A DNA stretch of 63,147 nt, counting the filler, from Octopus bimaculoides (Eukaryota): NCBI RefSeq assembly GCF_001194135.2. It is 7 parts of 6 records of this genome, joined end to end, with 100 filler letters (N's around TTAATTAATTAA, not from the genome) between each part and the next. Parts side by side here need not be neighbours in the genome. Positions count along the whole stretch, not along the records: positions 1 to 16,162 come from NC_068999.1; 6 more parts are not named here. One strand, 5' to 3'. Below the pieces are notes generated by a model. The model had not been told where the DNA came from, made no database searches, and saw nothing but the letters and a program-made list of their open reading frames with translations. Below, one piece after another: positions 1 through 13,395 of the stretch; the first letter of the stretch is position 1, and the number at the start of each line of letters is the position of its first letter. The position numbers and the translations under genes were made by a program.

Positions 1-310
1 CCTCCTCCTCCTCCTCACCGTCGCTGTTATCATCCTCATCACCATCCTCATCACCATCCTCATCATCATCATCGTCGTCATCGCCGTCGCCGTCGCTACC
101 GCCGTCTTCACCGTCATTGTCATCATCGTCGTGGTCATCAACATCATCACCATCATTATCATCAACGTCGTCATCGTTGCCGTCGTCATCGTCGTCGTCG
201 TTGTCGACTTCGACGTCGTCCTCATAACTCACTCAACTTCATAACTCACTCATCCTCATAACTCACTCATCCTCATAACTCACTCACTCTCTCACTCACT
301 CACTCACTCA
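1..310. repeat. Degenerate (CAT/CGT)n trinucleotide tract followed by ~4 copies of a 17-nt unit (CCTCATAACTCACTCAT) decaying into (CACT)n
   Basis: Direct reading of repeat units. Confidence 0.85.
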
Positions 311-882
311 CTTTATCTTCCTCTCTCTCTTTCTCCGTCTGTCTGTCCGTCTCTCTCTCTCTCTGTATAACCTATTCAGATAATGGAGAATTATCGTTCT
401 ATTTTTTTTATGGGGTCTGAACCTCCAAGAGCGCTGCAGCTTAAAACGAAAACGAAACCCCGAACTTCCATGGACTGCTGCAGAGGGAAGCAGCGAACCA
501 CAAGATCGCGTTACCCTTTCATCGGGGAGGATTACGGAATGAATTTAGCAAAACTCGAGTAGTGATTACCCCCCGCTTCACTGTACCGCCCGGTAATTCG
601 ATATTGTGTTAAATGATCGGGAGACTGGATGAAATCATTTTCAAACTACCCCTGGGTGGAAGATAAATTTATCGTGCCCCATACATTTTATATTTGCCCC
701 ACCCCTGAACCATTTGTTTATTACGCTTTATCCCTAATGCAGTAAAAGTAGTAGTAGTAGTTATAATTGCCGGAGTAGGTATAGCAGCAGCAGCAGCAGC
801 AGTAGCGGTAGTAGTAGTAATAGCACTTAGTAATTTGGGTGGTGGTAGTAGCTGTAGTTATTGATGGCTGCAGTAACAGTAG

Positions 883-978
<96 letters not shown>

Positions 979-1067
979 GTTGAAATTTACAGAAAAACAA
1001 GAGACGAAGACAGGTGTATGAACAGCAAGCAGGTGTATTAGTTTGACTCTCGGTAAAAGGAGAAAGT

Positions 1068-1103
1068 CTTTTATATTTCGAGCTTACGCTCTTCAGCAGA
1101 AAG
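1068..1103 (-). ncRNA. Minimal type I hammerhead-like motif (Penelope-associated type), core variant A6C
   Basis: Minus strand CTTT-CTGCTGA-A-GAGC(GTAA)GCTC-GAAA-T-ATA-AAAG: stem I CTTT/AAAG, 4-bp stem II with GNRA loop, loop-less stem III, AUA triplet. Confidence 0.55.
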
Positions 1104-1153
1104 GAATAAGAGAAAATAAACAGAGAGAGAATAGAAAACGTGTGGATTTAGCA

Positions 1154-1202
<49 letters not shown>

Positions 1203-2154
1203 ATCTAATCTAATCTAGTCTAACCTGTCTCTCGTGCTTTTCGTGTGAATATATAAAACTTTACATCTACACCAATGCCTCCATATACTCTCTTTTCAAT
1301 AGTCTCTCTCTTACACTCTGTGTGTGTGTGTGTGTGTGTGTGTATATACACACATGCATATATATACATATCCATCCATCCATCCATCCATCTACCCCAA
1401 ATTTAACCAACCCGTTTACCTATGTGCCCACACATATGTACATACATACTTACACATCTATCAACAATCTACTTATTTACAGTACATCTCTGTCTGTCTG
1501 TCTCTCTATCTCTCTCCCGCTCTCTCTGTCTCTCTCTGTCTTTCTGTCCTTCTCTCCCGCCCAATACTTATTAAATGGAATCGGTCTTTAAGTCTGACAA
1601 GTAGAATGAATTCAGATACTAGTTGCTTCAAACAAAATCTCTAATCTTCAAGTCTATTGCAAAATTGAATTACTACATCATAATGTTCGACGTTTCTTGG
1701 CGCCAAACTAATCAAAAGCGCAGCCGTGCAGGTTAAACGGTCAGATTTACCGTCGGAAGTCCGTTCTTTATATATATTCTCTGCCATTAATGCGATGACC
1801 TTCAGCGACACAGCAAACTCATGCAACTTGGAACTGCTAAAATGGTGACAACGAGAATTCTTTACAAGCAAGAACAGAAGCACCAGATTGCTAAGTTTTC
1901 TGACTTCGACAAATTAAATTAATATATTCTGTAGAGCTACTTCACACCATGTTGAAGAAGGCAGAAAAAAATATTTCACACAACTTTAATATTATGCAAG
2001 TATTATAGAATTTTCTTTTTACATCTTAAACAAGGAGCGTAATGATGTAAAGTGATTTACCTCTCGACACGCACACTCACACACAGACATACACATTTAC
2101 ACACTCATACACACACAAACACACATACACGTGCATGCATATATGTGCGTAACA

Positions 2155-2362
2155 TCTTTTATCACTTGACTGCGGTCATGTTGGAGCACCGCCTTAAAGA
2201 GATCTTAATCGAATGAATCAAACCCGGCATTTATTCTATCGGTCTCTTTTGACGAACTTTCAGTTTCCATCTACCAAATCCAGTCACAAGGCTTTGGCCG
2301 GCCCAAGGATATAGTAGAAGACATTTGCCCAAGGTGTCATACGGTACCATGTGGTTGGGAAT
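2155..2362 (-). mobile_element. SINE family 2, internally deleted copy
   Basis: Matches the copy at 21225-21627 (TGACTGCGGTCATGTTGGAGCACCGCC; CAGTTTCCATCTACCAAATCC; GTAGAAGACATTTGCCCAAGG). Confidence 0.8.
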
Positions 2363-2365
2363 AAC

Positions 2366-2413
<48 letters not shown>

Positions 2414-2428
2414 GATTACATATTTATA

Positions 2429-2470
<42 letters not shown>

Positions 2471-2585
2471 NNNNNNNNNNNNNNNNNNNNNNNNNNNNNN
2501 NNNNNNNNNNNNNNNNNNNNNNNNNNNNNNNNNNNNNNNNNNNNNNNNNNNNNNNNNNNNNNNNNNNNNNNNNNNNNNNNNNNNN

Positions 2586-2636
<51 letters not shown>

Positions 2637-3269
2637 CACGCACACACACACATGTACAACACACATACACATATACTATATAAGTCTGTGCTAGTCTCTG
2701 TGTGCGTGGTAGAAGCACACTGTTATTAAAATATGCATAGATACATGTTTTTTTTTTTTATAAGTATGATAAGAAAATCCTCAGGGCAGCTGTTTACTGC
2801 TCCAGTGCTTTTTACCAGAGCGAAAGTCAGTCTTTAGACAGCTTTTTTTCTTTTTCTGTATTCTTCTTGAGGTTCTTATCATGTTTAAAATATAATAATA
2901 AAAGAAGCAGCACCATCAAAGCAATAAATAAATAAATGAATAGATAAAAGAACGGAAACCGATACCGAAAGGTAAAATAAAATTTAGTATTGCTTTGCTT
3001 TGCGCATGCACCAACATCATCGCTTTTACCAATACATACCAGAAAATGCTAACGATATTATGCGTTGAACCCTCTTCTTCTTCTTCTTCTTCTTCTTCTT
3101 CTTCTTCTTCTTCTTCTTCTTCTTCTTCTTCTNNNNNNNNNNNNNNNNNNNNNNNNNNNNNNNNNNNNNNNNNNNNNNNNNNNNNNNNNNNNNNNNNNNN
3201 NNNNNNNNNNNNNNNNNNNNNNNNNNNNNNNNNNNNNNNNNNNNNNNNNNNNNNNNNNNNNNNNNNNNN

Positions 3270-3314
<45 letters not shown>

Positions 3315-3316
3315 CC

Positions 3317-3355
<39 letters not shown>

Positions 3356-3420
3356 ATGTGTATATATATTTATACATATATATATTCACACACACACCGC
3401 CACCCTTCTCATCAAAACAC

Positions 3421-3464
3421 GGTTGACTGATGAATGAATGTTCACGAAATCAAGAAATCTAAAC
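3421..3464 (+). ncRNA. Degenerate hammerhead-like motif
   Basis: GTTGA-CTGATGA-ATGAATGTTCAC-GAAA-T-CAAGAA-ATC-TAAAC; stem I 4/5 pairs, first stem II pair mismatched. Confidence 0.35.
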
Positions 3465-4714
3465 AGATTTGAAGGAGTTAAACATAACCGCGACTAAACG
3501 TGATATATTATCATAAAAAAACTGCTGCCTGCGTTTTATGTGAATGCACAGGTGTAGAAATAAATGAAGCTTATATACAAGGGACGAGAGAAATAAAAAA
3601 CCGCCAAAAGAGACCATGGAAAAATAATAGCGAAAAAGAATGGAGAAAAAACAACCCAAAAAATGAAATGAAGAAGAAATATCTTTCGGCTAGACTTAAT
3701 CTTTACCGAAACACGCCGAATAATCACGATCAAGAAGCGAATCAAAGGATATTCTGGAAAGGAAGGAATATATGAGGGTATAAAGAGCATAGCTCAGATA
3801 AGAAGCCAGTGAAAAAAGCCGTTGTTTTGTGTGGGTTGTTTAGCCCGAGTCTCAGTTCCTCTTGTGTAGAGTTCTTATGATCAAAAGCTTCCAGCCATGC
3901 CACAAAAGGCTTATTTTTGATCTTTTCTTTTTGTGTTTTTTCACATTGGCGGAGGCAAAGATGTGTGATTGAGAAGTGGTTTCGGGTTCAGTCCACTGCG
4001 TCGCGGGTCAACCAATGCCTTGGGACAGAATTTAATACACGGAAACCATATGGAACCCCCGTGTAACGAACGAGCAAACACACACCGATACACACATAAA
4101 CATTCAAGTACAAAATGTGACGTCGTCGTGGTGATATAAAATGTCCTTTACTATAGTTGATTATAGAAAGATAAGTTTCGAGAAAATGTTATATTGTTTT
4201 AATCCCCCCCCCAAAAAAAAATTATATGCTGAAACTTACTGCTAATACAATTACCTCGTAAAATTTGATTTGATTTGGTGGAGCCGTTTGAGAATGCATA
4301 AGGAACAGACAGATAGAAAGACAGAATGTTATATTGTTTTAATCCAAATGAAAATAAAAATTACATGTTGACACACGCGGGGTCTGATACTGTTATATAT
4401 TTGATTTGGTAGAGTCGCTTGAGAATGCATAGAGAAGAGACAGACAAAGAATTATATACATATAGAGATAAATATATAAATGTGCATATATAAATAGAAT
4501 ATAAGGATAAAATCTATGCAGGATTAATCAAGTAGCCAGCGTGGAAAACCAATTCAGGAAAAAATTAGTACAAAATATATAATTGTTGTTATTCTTGTAG
4601 TGGTTGTTATCGTAGTTCTTAATTCATTTAAATCGGGCTTCTTGAAACAAATGTAGTGGTCCGTATACCCTCTACATATCACAGTATTTAAACACACAGG
4701 TGAAAATATACGCA

Positions 4715-4810
<96 letters not shown>

Positions 4811-5440
4811 TATAAATATATGTGTAAATTTGGTAGTATGCGTACCTCTATGTATGCATGTGTGTGTATGTGTGTGTGTGTGTATGTGTGTGTGTGTATG
4901 TGTGTGTGTGTGTATGTGTGTGTGTGTGTATGTGTGTGTGTGTGTGTGTGCGCTGGTCGGTGGGTATGTACACACTCTTGTGCATAAATATATAAATATA
5001 TTTATAAACATGTACATCAACAAACTCATGTATAAGTACGAATACTACTGTACGAATGCTGAAATACGTGTGTGTGTATGTGTATGTGTGTTTGTGTGTG
5101 TGTCTTTGTGTGTGTGTACGCGTGCGTATGTATATGTGTGTATATATGTATATATGTGTGTGTGTTTGTATACTTATTTGTATATAAGCATACAAATATA
5201 TATACACGCATACACGTACACGCACATACACAAATATACACATGCATACACATAAATGCATACATACACACGCACACAAATACACACATGTATATATACG
5301 TATAGGCGTATATATAGATTCACATAAATATACACACCTGTAAATAAATATATTATTTTAGGTGAATATTTTAGCAGGTGTTCTAATTACTCATCTAAAA
5401 AGTTGGCGAACATCTTTATTTCGGATGGAAAGTACTGTTA

Positions 5441-5766
5441 GTGATGGTGGTGGTGGTGGTGGTAGTGATGGTAGTGGTGATGGCGGTGGTAGTAGTGGTA
5501 GTGATGGTGGTTGTGGTGGTGGTTGTAGTGGTGGTTATGGTGATAGTAGTGGTTGTGGTGATAGTGATGGTTGTGGTTGTGGTCATGGTAGTGGTAGTAG
5601 TGGTGGTGATGGTGGTGGTAGTGGTGGTGATGATAGTAGTGGTGGTGGTGGCGTGATAGTAATGGTTGAGGTGATGGTGGTGATGATGGTAGTGGTAGTA
5701 GTGGTGGTTGTGGTAGCAGTAGTAGTAGTGGTGATGATGCCAGCAGCACTTACACCACCGCCATTA
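5441..5766. repeat. Compound (GGT/AGT/GAT)n microsatellite
   Basis: Direct reading; source of spurious poly-G/V/H ORFs. Confidence 0.9.
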
Positions 5767-6419
5767 NNNNNNNNNNNNNNNNNNNNNNNNNNNNNNNNNN
5801 NNNNNNNNNNNNNNNNNNNNNNNNNNNNNNNNNNNNNNNNNNNNNNNNNNNNNNNNNNNNNNNNNNNNNNNNNNNNNNNNNNNNNNNNNNNNNNNNNNNN
5901 NNNNNNNNNNNNNNNNNNNNNNNNNNNNNNNNNNNNNNNNNNNNNNNNNNNNNNNNNNNNNNNNNNNNNNNNNNNNNNNNNNNNNNNNNNNNNNNNNNNN
6001 NNNNNNNNNNNNNNNNNNNNNNNNNNNNNNNNNNNNNNNNNNNNNNNNNNNNNNNNNNNNNNNNNNNNNNNNNNNNNNNNNNNNNNNNNNNNNNNNNNNN
6101 NNNNNNNNNNNNNNNNNNNNNNNNNNNNNNNNNNNNNNNNNNNNNNNNNNNNNNNNNNNNNNNNNNNNNNNNNNNNNNNNNNNNNNNNNNNNNNNNNNNN
6201 NNNNNNNNNNNNNNNNNNNNNNNNNNNNNNNNNNNNNNNNNNNNNNNNNNNNNNNNNNNNNNNNNNNNNNNNNNNNNNNNNNNNNNNNNNNNNNNNNNNN
6301 NNNNNNNNNNNNNNNNNNNNNNNNNNNNNNNNNNNNNNNNNNNNNNNNNNNNNNNNNNNNNNNNNNNNNNTCTCTCTCTCTCTCACCATCCATCCATCCA
6401 TCCATCCATCCATCCATCC

Positions 6420-6476
<57 letters not shown>

Positions 6477-6648
6477 AATAATCGAGTTTACAGCAATTCT
6501 TCGATAAGATAAGTTGTATTTTTGTTTTAAGAAATATTGTTAAACGTTTTTCGATTATTAATTTATTTATTGTTAAAACAAGTATTTTTTTTTAGATATT
6601 TACTATAATTTACAATACGTACACTGATTTTTTTATTATTTTTATTTT

Positions 6649-6780
6649 AGACCTGACGAGTGACTATATTTTTGAATAGATTTAACTGTAGATCAATTTG
6701 ATTATTAATAGAATTATTGATTGAATTAGTTTTAGTAAATATAGCCATTTGAAAATATAGCCACGAAACGTGCGTAGCCA
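6649..6780 (+). ncRNA. Hammerhead-like motif with long stem II
   Basis: CTGACGA at 6653-6659; 6660-6673 pairs with 6751-6764 (13/14 bp); GAAAC-GTGC-GTA at 6765-6776; stem I poor (2/4). Confidence 0.5.
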
Positions 6781-7326
6781 TTTTATACCATTTACTAGTT
6801 ATTATTTTTGTATTTTATTGATTTTTTGAATAAGGTTTTTGTGATATATTTGTTTTCTGGAGGGTGTGAGTTGAATTCCTCTTTGTTGAATTATTTAATA
6901 GTGGTTTTTCTTTAAATTATATATATATATAAATTTCATTCCGGTACTAACCCTGGAGTTTAATCTATTTAGCAATATTCGTAGAATGTATATATCTACT
7001 CGTAAGGAGAATGGAGTACACAAGTCGTTTTATTACATAATTTTACAATTGTTTCATGGATATTCGATCTCAAGAATATAACTATCATTATATGAGATAT
7101 GCAACTAAAGATTCCCGAGGAATCCTTGTACTGAGAAAATCGAACGTCGAGTCTTCAGAGTTATGTATAAAATGCATATGGTAGTGTAACTTATATTATC
7201 AATATATATCCAAAGGAATAAATTGACCATACTCTTGATATCGAATATCGATGTTACAATTGTAAACATACGTGGGAAAACGACTTGTTCATTCCATGCT
7301 CCATGTAAATAATTATATATGTATGC

Positions 7327-7362
<36 letters not shown>

Positions 7363-7629
7363 NNNNNNNNNNNNNNNNNNNNNNNNNNNNNNNNNNNNNN
7401 NNNNNNNNNNNNNNNNNNNNNNNNNNNNNNNNNNNNNNNNNNNNNNNNNNNNNNNNNNNNNNNNNNNNNNNNNNNNNNNNNNNNNNNNNNNNNNNNNNNN
7501 NNNNNNNNNNNNNNNNNNNNNNNNNNNNNNNNNNNNNNNNNNNNNNNNNNNNNNNNNNNNNNNNNNNNNNNNNNNNNNNNNNNNNNNNNNNNNNNNNNNN
7601 NNNNNNNNNNNNNNNNNNNNNNNNNNNNN

Positions 7630-7719
<90 letters not shown>

Positions 7720-9019
7720 GTCTATGTATATATCTTATCTATGTCAGCAATTTCGTTCCATAGTTTCATAGTTTAAAGTGCAACACATGTGTAAAACCTC
7801 AGCAAGAGTAATATTTTAGATCAGAAAAAGTGAGTACTCCTTCTATATGCTACATTTTACAAACAGCATGACAAAAAATCTAACCGAGAATGAATAAGAA
7901 TTTTTGAAGATTTTCATATACGTACTTCTCAACTCCAATGGCAAAGTGATAAATTCTGGTCTGAGAATCCGCCCTCCACCCACCACCACCACCACCACCA
8001 CCACTCTAAACCTACCAAAGGCTAAATGAATGACTGGATATGTATATGATAATGAGGATTTTTAGATTTCTCTTCTGTGTGATGTAATTACGAAATTCCT
8101 ACTTTCTTGTATTCTTTCTTTTTCCTCTTTCTCTCTTCTTTCTTTTCATTATTTCTTTTTCGTTCGTGTTCCACTCTTTTCACTGAGAGCTACTATGACC
8201 TCAATATTGATGCTATTTTCGGCAAACTGAAGGTAAAAAAGTAAGTCTCTAAAAGTGAATGTGGTAATGCAAAAGATGTATCTACACCGAAAATTGCTTT
8301 TCGCTGACAGTACATCGGCACCTTTGAAAAACTCTTGGCAGCAGTACAACACTTAAGCGATAAGACTGGAATTGTAAACCAAATAACAATATTTTCTTTA
8401 TCTCTAATCACCTCTACAAATTTATTTATTTATTTACTAGATTTCTTTTTTTGTATAATCATTATTATCATTTTTTCATTTGTTCTCTTACGTTTATTTA
8501 TTTCCACTTATTTATTTATTTATTTTTCCACATACGTATTTTTTTGTTTTCAATCAAACGTTTATTTTGTTTTTTTTTCGGAATTTTATTCTGTCGTATC
8601 TTAAAATTTTATATTGCTTGGGTTTGCATCAAGGCAGTTTTGCAGTGTGACGATGGCGGTGTGGTGTTCATACGAGTTGTGTTGGCGTACAGTGGCTGTG
8701 GCTGTGGTGGTGGTGGTGGTGGTGGGTGGGTGGTGAGGAAGACGAGAGGAAGGAAGAGAACGAGTAAAGTACACACGTACACGCGAATGTGTGTGTGATT
8801 TGTGCATGTGTGAGAAGTGGAAATGTAGAACGGAAGGAATAAAAGAAAAGAGGAAAGAGACTAGTGAGAAGGGCAGAAAAAGAGATGAGGAAAGAATAGA
8901 AAGAAAACAAAGAACTACAGAGAAAATACAAACCATCACACAATCAGCTTTCCACCTACACACATACACAGGGCTGTGTGTGCGCATGTGTCTGTATATA
9001 TATGCTTTATTCTTTTATT

Positions 9020-9200
9020 TTTTACTTGTTTTAGTCATTTGACTGCGGGCATGCCGGAGCACCGCCTTTAGTCGAGCAAATCGACCCCAGGACTTATTCT
9101 TTGTAAGCCTAGGACTTATTCTGTCAGTCTCGTTTTGCCGAACCGCTAAGTTACGGGGACGTAAACACACAAACATCGGTTGTCAAGTGATGTTGGGAGG
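9020..9200 (-). mobile_element. SINE family 2, 3' half
   Basis: AGTCATTTGACTGCGG...TTTAGTCGAGCAAATCGACCCCAGGACTTATTCTTTGTAAGCCTAG. Confidence 0.85.
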
Positions 9201-10214
9201 AGAATCACAGACACATTCACCATGATAGATCGCTGACCACTACACACGTTTTTTTCTCTCTCCTTGTTTCTCTCCTTGTTTCTTTCCGTGTTCATTTCCG
9301 TGTTCATTTCTGGCGATAATTATTAATATCCAGTACCGCTGCCGTAGTCTCCTTTAGAGAGACTTAGAAATATAAATATCTCTATTTCTGAAAACCAGTG
9401 GATAGATTCCACTGAAATTAGATAAATAACCTTCCTACAGACAGTCAGTAGCGACGCCTGCTGGGTTCGGCTGCTCTGCATTGACAAGGGGCAACACCCT
9501 GAAACTAGTCTAGTCTGCAGATGCCANNNNNNNNNNNNNNNNNNNNNNNNNNNNNNNNNNNNNNNNNNNNNNNNNNNNNNNNNNNNNNNNNNNNNNNNNN
9601 NNNNNNNNNNNNNNNNNNNNNNNNNNNNNNNNNNNNNNNNNNNNNNNNNNNNNNNNNNNNNNNNNNNNNNNNNNNNNNNNNNNNNNNNNNNNNNNNNNNN
9701 NNNNNACACACACACACACACACACACACAGAGTCATATGTATGAAGAAAAATTTAGACCTGACAGTTTCTCGCCCGTGAAAGAAAATTAAACAAAAAGC
9801 GAAAAGATCCTGTAAGAAGAATGTGTCATTTTTATCGATCCTGTCGTTAGTTAAACGCCATCTCTAATCTCTTCGTGTATCCGTCAAAACACGAAGCTTT
9901 TACCCGCCATCTTGCTTTTCATAACGCCTCTACCCCTCTCTTTCACCTCACCCTTTTTCTCAAACACCATTGCCCTCCCCACTCTCTCTGTTGTGTCTCT
10001 CTGTGATTTTTTCTTTGTTTTTTGTTTCCTATCATCTTTTCAGTTCCAACCTTTCGGACTCTTGTTGATGTTGTTCGTCTTCCATTTCGTATTAGTTGTT
10101 TTTCTTTCTATTTTTAAATTAAAAAACAAAACCTTGTCTCATAAGTTCTATTTAGCATGAAGCAAACAGTCGCGAAATTGCACACCTATTTGCGCTCTGA
10201 CTTGCAGAGAGACG

Positions 10215-10248
<34 letters not shown>

Positions 10249-11482
10249 TAGATAGATAGAGAGANNNNNNNNNNNNNNNNNNNNNNNNNNNNNNNNNNNN
10301 NNNNNNNNNNNNNNNNNNNNNNNNNNNNNNNNNNNNNNNNNNNNNNNNNNNNNNNNNNNNNNNNNNNNNNNNNNNNNNNNNNNNNNNNNNNNNNNNNNNN
10401 NNNNNNNNNNNNNNNNNNNNNNNNNNNNNNNNNNNNNNNNNNNNNNNNNNNNNNNNNNNNNNNNNNNNNNNNNNNNNNNNNNNNNNNNNNNNNNNNNNNN
10501 NNNNNNNNNNNNNNNNNNNNNNNNNNNNNNNNNNNNNNNNNNNNNNNNNNNNNNNNNNNNNNNNNNNNNNNNNNNNNNNNNNNNNNNNNNNNNNNNNNNN
10601 NNNNNNNNNNNNNNNNNNNNNNNNNNNNNNNNNNNNNNNNNNNNNNNNNNNNNNNNNNNNNNNNNNNNNNNNNNNNNNNNNNNNNNNNNNNNNNNNNNNN
10701 NNNNNNNNNNNNNNNNNNNNNNNNNNNNNNNNNNNNNNNNNNNNNNNNNNNNNNNNNNNNNNNNNNNNNNNNNNNNNNNNNNNNNNNNNNNNNNNNNNNN
10801 NNNNNNNNNNNNNNNNNNNNNNNNNNNNNNNNNNNNNNNNNNNNNNNNNNNNNNNNNNNNNNNNNNNNNNNNNNNNNNNNNNNNNNNNNNNNNNNNNNNN
10901 NNNNNNNNNNNNNNNNNNNNNNNNNNNNNNNNNNNNNNNNNNNNNNNNNNNNNNNNNNNNNNNNNNNNNNNNNNNNNNNNNNNNNNNNNNNNNNNNNNNN
11001 NNNNNNNNNNNNNNNNNNNNNNNNNNNNNNNNNNNNNNNNNNNNNNNNNNNNNNNNNNNNNNNNNNNNNNNNNNNTATATATGTGTGTGTGTGTGTATGT
11101 ATATGTATGTGTATATATATAAATATACATATAAATGTGCGAGTATGCGTGTATGTTTATATGTACATGCACGTATGTATCTTTATGTGTGTGTGTATGT
11201 ACATTGTTAAGTGGGTGCTAGCATATAAGCTGTAGGAAGCCCTGTTAATTAATTAAAATTACTTACTTATATCTGGAGGCAAAATTAAGATTAAATTAAT
11301 AAACACACAAACAAACAGCAGCAGCAAAATCAGTGAATAAAGGCATGCGAAAAAGAAAAAAGACCTCTGGATTCTTTATATCAAGTATAGTAGAAGTGAA
11401 ATGGTGGTTACCGGTGCTGGTCCTGGGTTCATATGCACTGCCTGCAGGCATTCTGTTGTATAGTTCTGTTGTACACTCAATT

Positions 11483-11507
11483 CTATACGTCTTCGTAGAC
11501 ATAATGG
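11483..11507 (-). CDS. Candidate terminal coding exon (G)HYVYEDV*
   Basis: Acceptor ACATAATTTTTAG; phase 2 matches the donor at 15862; very short, so weak. Confidence 0.2.
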
Positions 11508-11551
11508 CTAAAAATTATGTAGCAGACTATCTAGAAATATTCTCTTCTACT

Positions 11552-11740
11552 CTAGGCACAAGGCTCGAAATTTTTGGGGAAGGGGCCAGTCGATTAGATC
11601 GAATCCAGTATGCAACTGGTACTTAATTTATCGACCCCGAAAGGATGAAAGTCAAAGTCGACCTCGGCGGAATTTGAACTCAGAACGTAGCGACAGACGA
11701 AATACCGTTTAAGCATTTCGCCTGGCGGACCAACGATTCT
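11552..11740 (-). mobile_element. SINE family 1 (tRNA-derived)
   Basis: B-box GAGTTCAAATTCC and core GCCGAGGTCGACTTTGACTTTCATCCTTTCGGGGTCGATAAATTAAGTACCAG. Confidence 0.85.
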
Positions 11741-12817
11741 TATTTCTATCTTTTGTGGGCAATAAAGAAATAAGNNNNNNNNNNNNNNNNNNNNNNNNNN
11801 NNNNNNNNNNNNNNNNNNNNNNNNNNNNNNNNNNNNNNNNNNNNNNNNNNNNNNNNNNNNNNNNNNNNNNNNNNNNNNNNNNNNNNNNNNNNNNNNNNNN
11901 NNNNNNNNNNNNNNNNNNNNNNNNNNNNNNNNNNNNNNNNNNNNNNNNNNNNNNNNNNNNNNNNNNNNNNNNNNGTACCCCTCCCCCCACAAACACCCAG
12001 GCCTTAGGGCTATAATAGAAAGGATATATCGTATGCTTGTTTGCTTGTGTGTGTGTATGCGTCGTATGCTTATGTACGTATTTGTGTATGTGTATGTTTG
12101 TATGTATGTGTGTTTATGTATGTTGTATGTTTACGAGTGTGTATTTATGTGATGCATGTCTATGTGCGGATGTGCATGTGTGTGTGTTTATGTGACTGTG
12201 TTTATATGTCGTATGTTTGTATGTTTGTGTGCGTGTATGCGTTGTATGTTTATGTATGTGTTTGGTTACGTGTGTATGTGCGGGTGTGCATGTGTGTGTG
12301 TTTATGTGAATGTGTTTATATATCGTACGTTTGTGTAAGTATATGTATCCTATGTTTATGGGTGATTTGTTTACGGGCGCGCGCGCGCATCTGTGTCTGT
12401 GCGGCTTTGTATGTGATAGCGAAAGAATTGGAGAAAGAAATAAGACGCAGGTTTCATCTTATGCCAAAACTTTTGTATTTTATTGTTATATTTATATTTA
12501 TATTAATTATTTCCTTCTTTATCTCTGCTAATCCATTAATTCTGTTGCTACTAAACTGATTCCCAGATATTACAGATGTTAGCTGTACTTTTATTTTCGC
12601 TTGTTACCTCCGCCTTCGCTAAGGTGGAGGTATTGTTTGCAGCCGTGTTTGATTGTCCGTGGACAAGATATCTCAAGAACCGCTCGATACATTCGAATGA
12701 AACTTTCAGGGATGCTTGGCTTCGTAACTGGCACGAACTGATTATATTTTGGGATCGATCCGGTACCGGACAAGGATTCTGGATTATTTTTCCTGTTTTT
12801 TACTTAATTTTTGAGAG

Positions 12818-13027
12818 GGGCCAAACATAGTGGGGACAAACAAGGACAGACAAGGGGATTAAGTCGATTACATCGACCCCAGTGGCTAACTGGTACTTGA
12901 TTTATCGACCCCGCAAGGATGGAAGGCAAAGTCGACCTCGGCGGAATTTGAACTCAGAACGTAGCGACAGACGAAATACGGCTAAGCATTTCGTCCGGCA
13001 TGCTAACGTTTCTGCCAGCTCGCCGCC
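12818..13027 (-). mobile_element. SINE family 1, near full length
   Basis: Head GGCGGCGAGCTGGCAGAAACGTTAGC, B-box GAGTTCAAATTCC, family tail TTTGTCCCCACTATGTTTGG. Confidence 0.9.
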
Positions 13028-13319
13028 TTCCACAAACATACGACTCACATAAACACAAGCACATACTCATCCGCTCATAAACATACAGACACAACAACAC
13101 ATAAACACACACACACATATAATACGCACACATACATAAACGTGCACACATAAGCATACAATATATATAAAGATACGTACATAAACATACACTCGTATAC
13201 ATACAGTAAATCTTTCACTTTTAGCTTTTATCTTTTACTGGTTTCGACCAGAGGCTGAGGCCATGCTGGGGCACCGCCTTTGAAAAGTTGCGCTTAAACC
13301 AATTGAATAATATAATATT

Positions 13320-13347
13320 GGTTTCAAATGTTGGCACAAGTCCAGCA

Positions 13348-13395
<48 letters not shown>

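Noticed and set aside
1641-1883. 80-aa non-repetitive ORF on minus strand
   Set aside because: No domain motif, no convincing splice pair; length compatible with chance.
8149-8230. Possible exon on either strand (minus FAENSINIEVIVALSEKSGTRTKKK*; plus ...YYDLNIDAIFGKLK)
   Set aside because: Splice-like signals on both strands, no recognisable domain, no phase-linked partner.
9323-9526. Minus-strand open frame WHLQTRLVSGCCPLSMQ...
   Set aside because: ORF length is inflated by an N gap; no motif recognised; may be a retroelement UTR.
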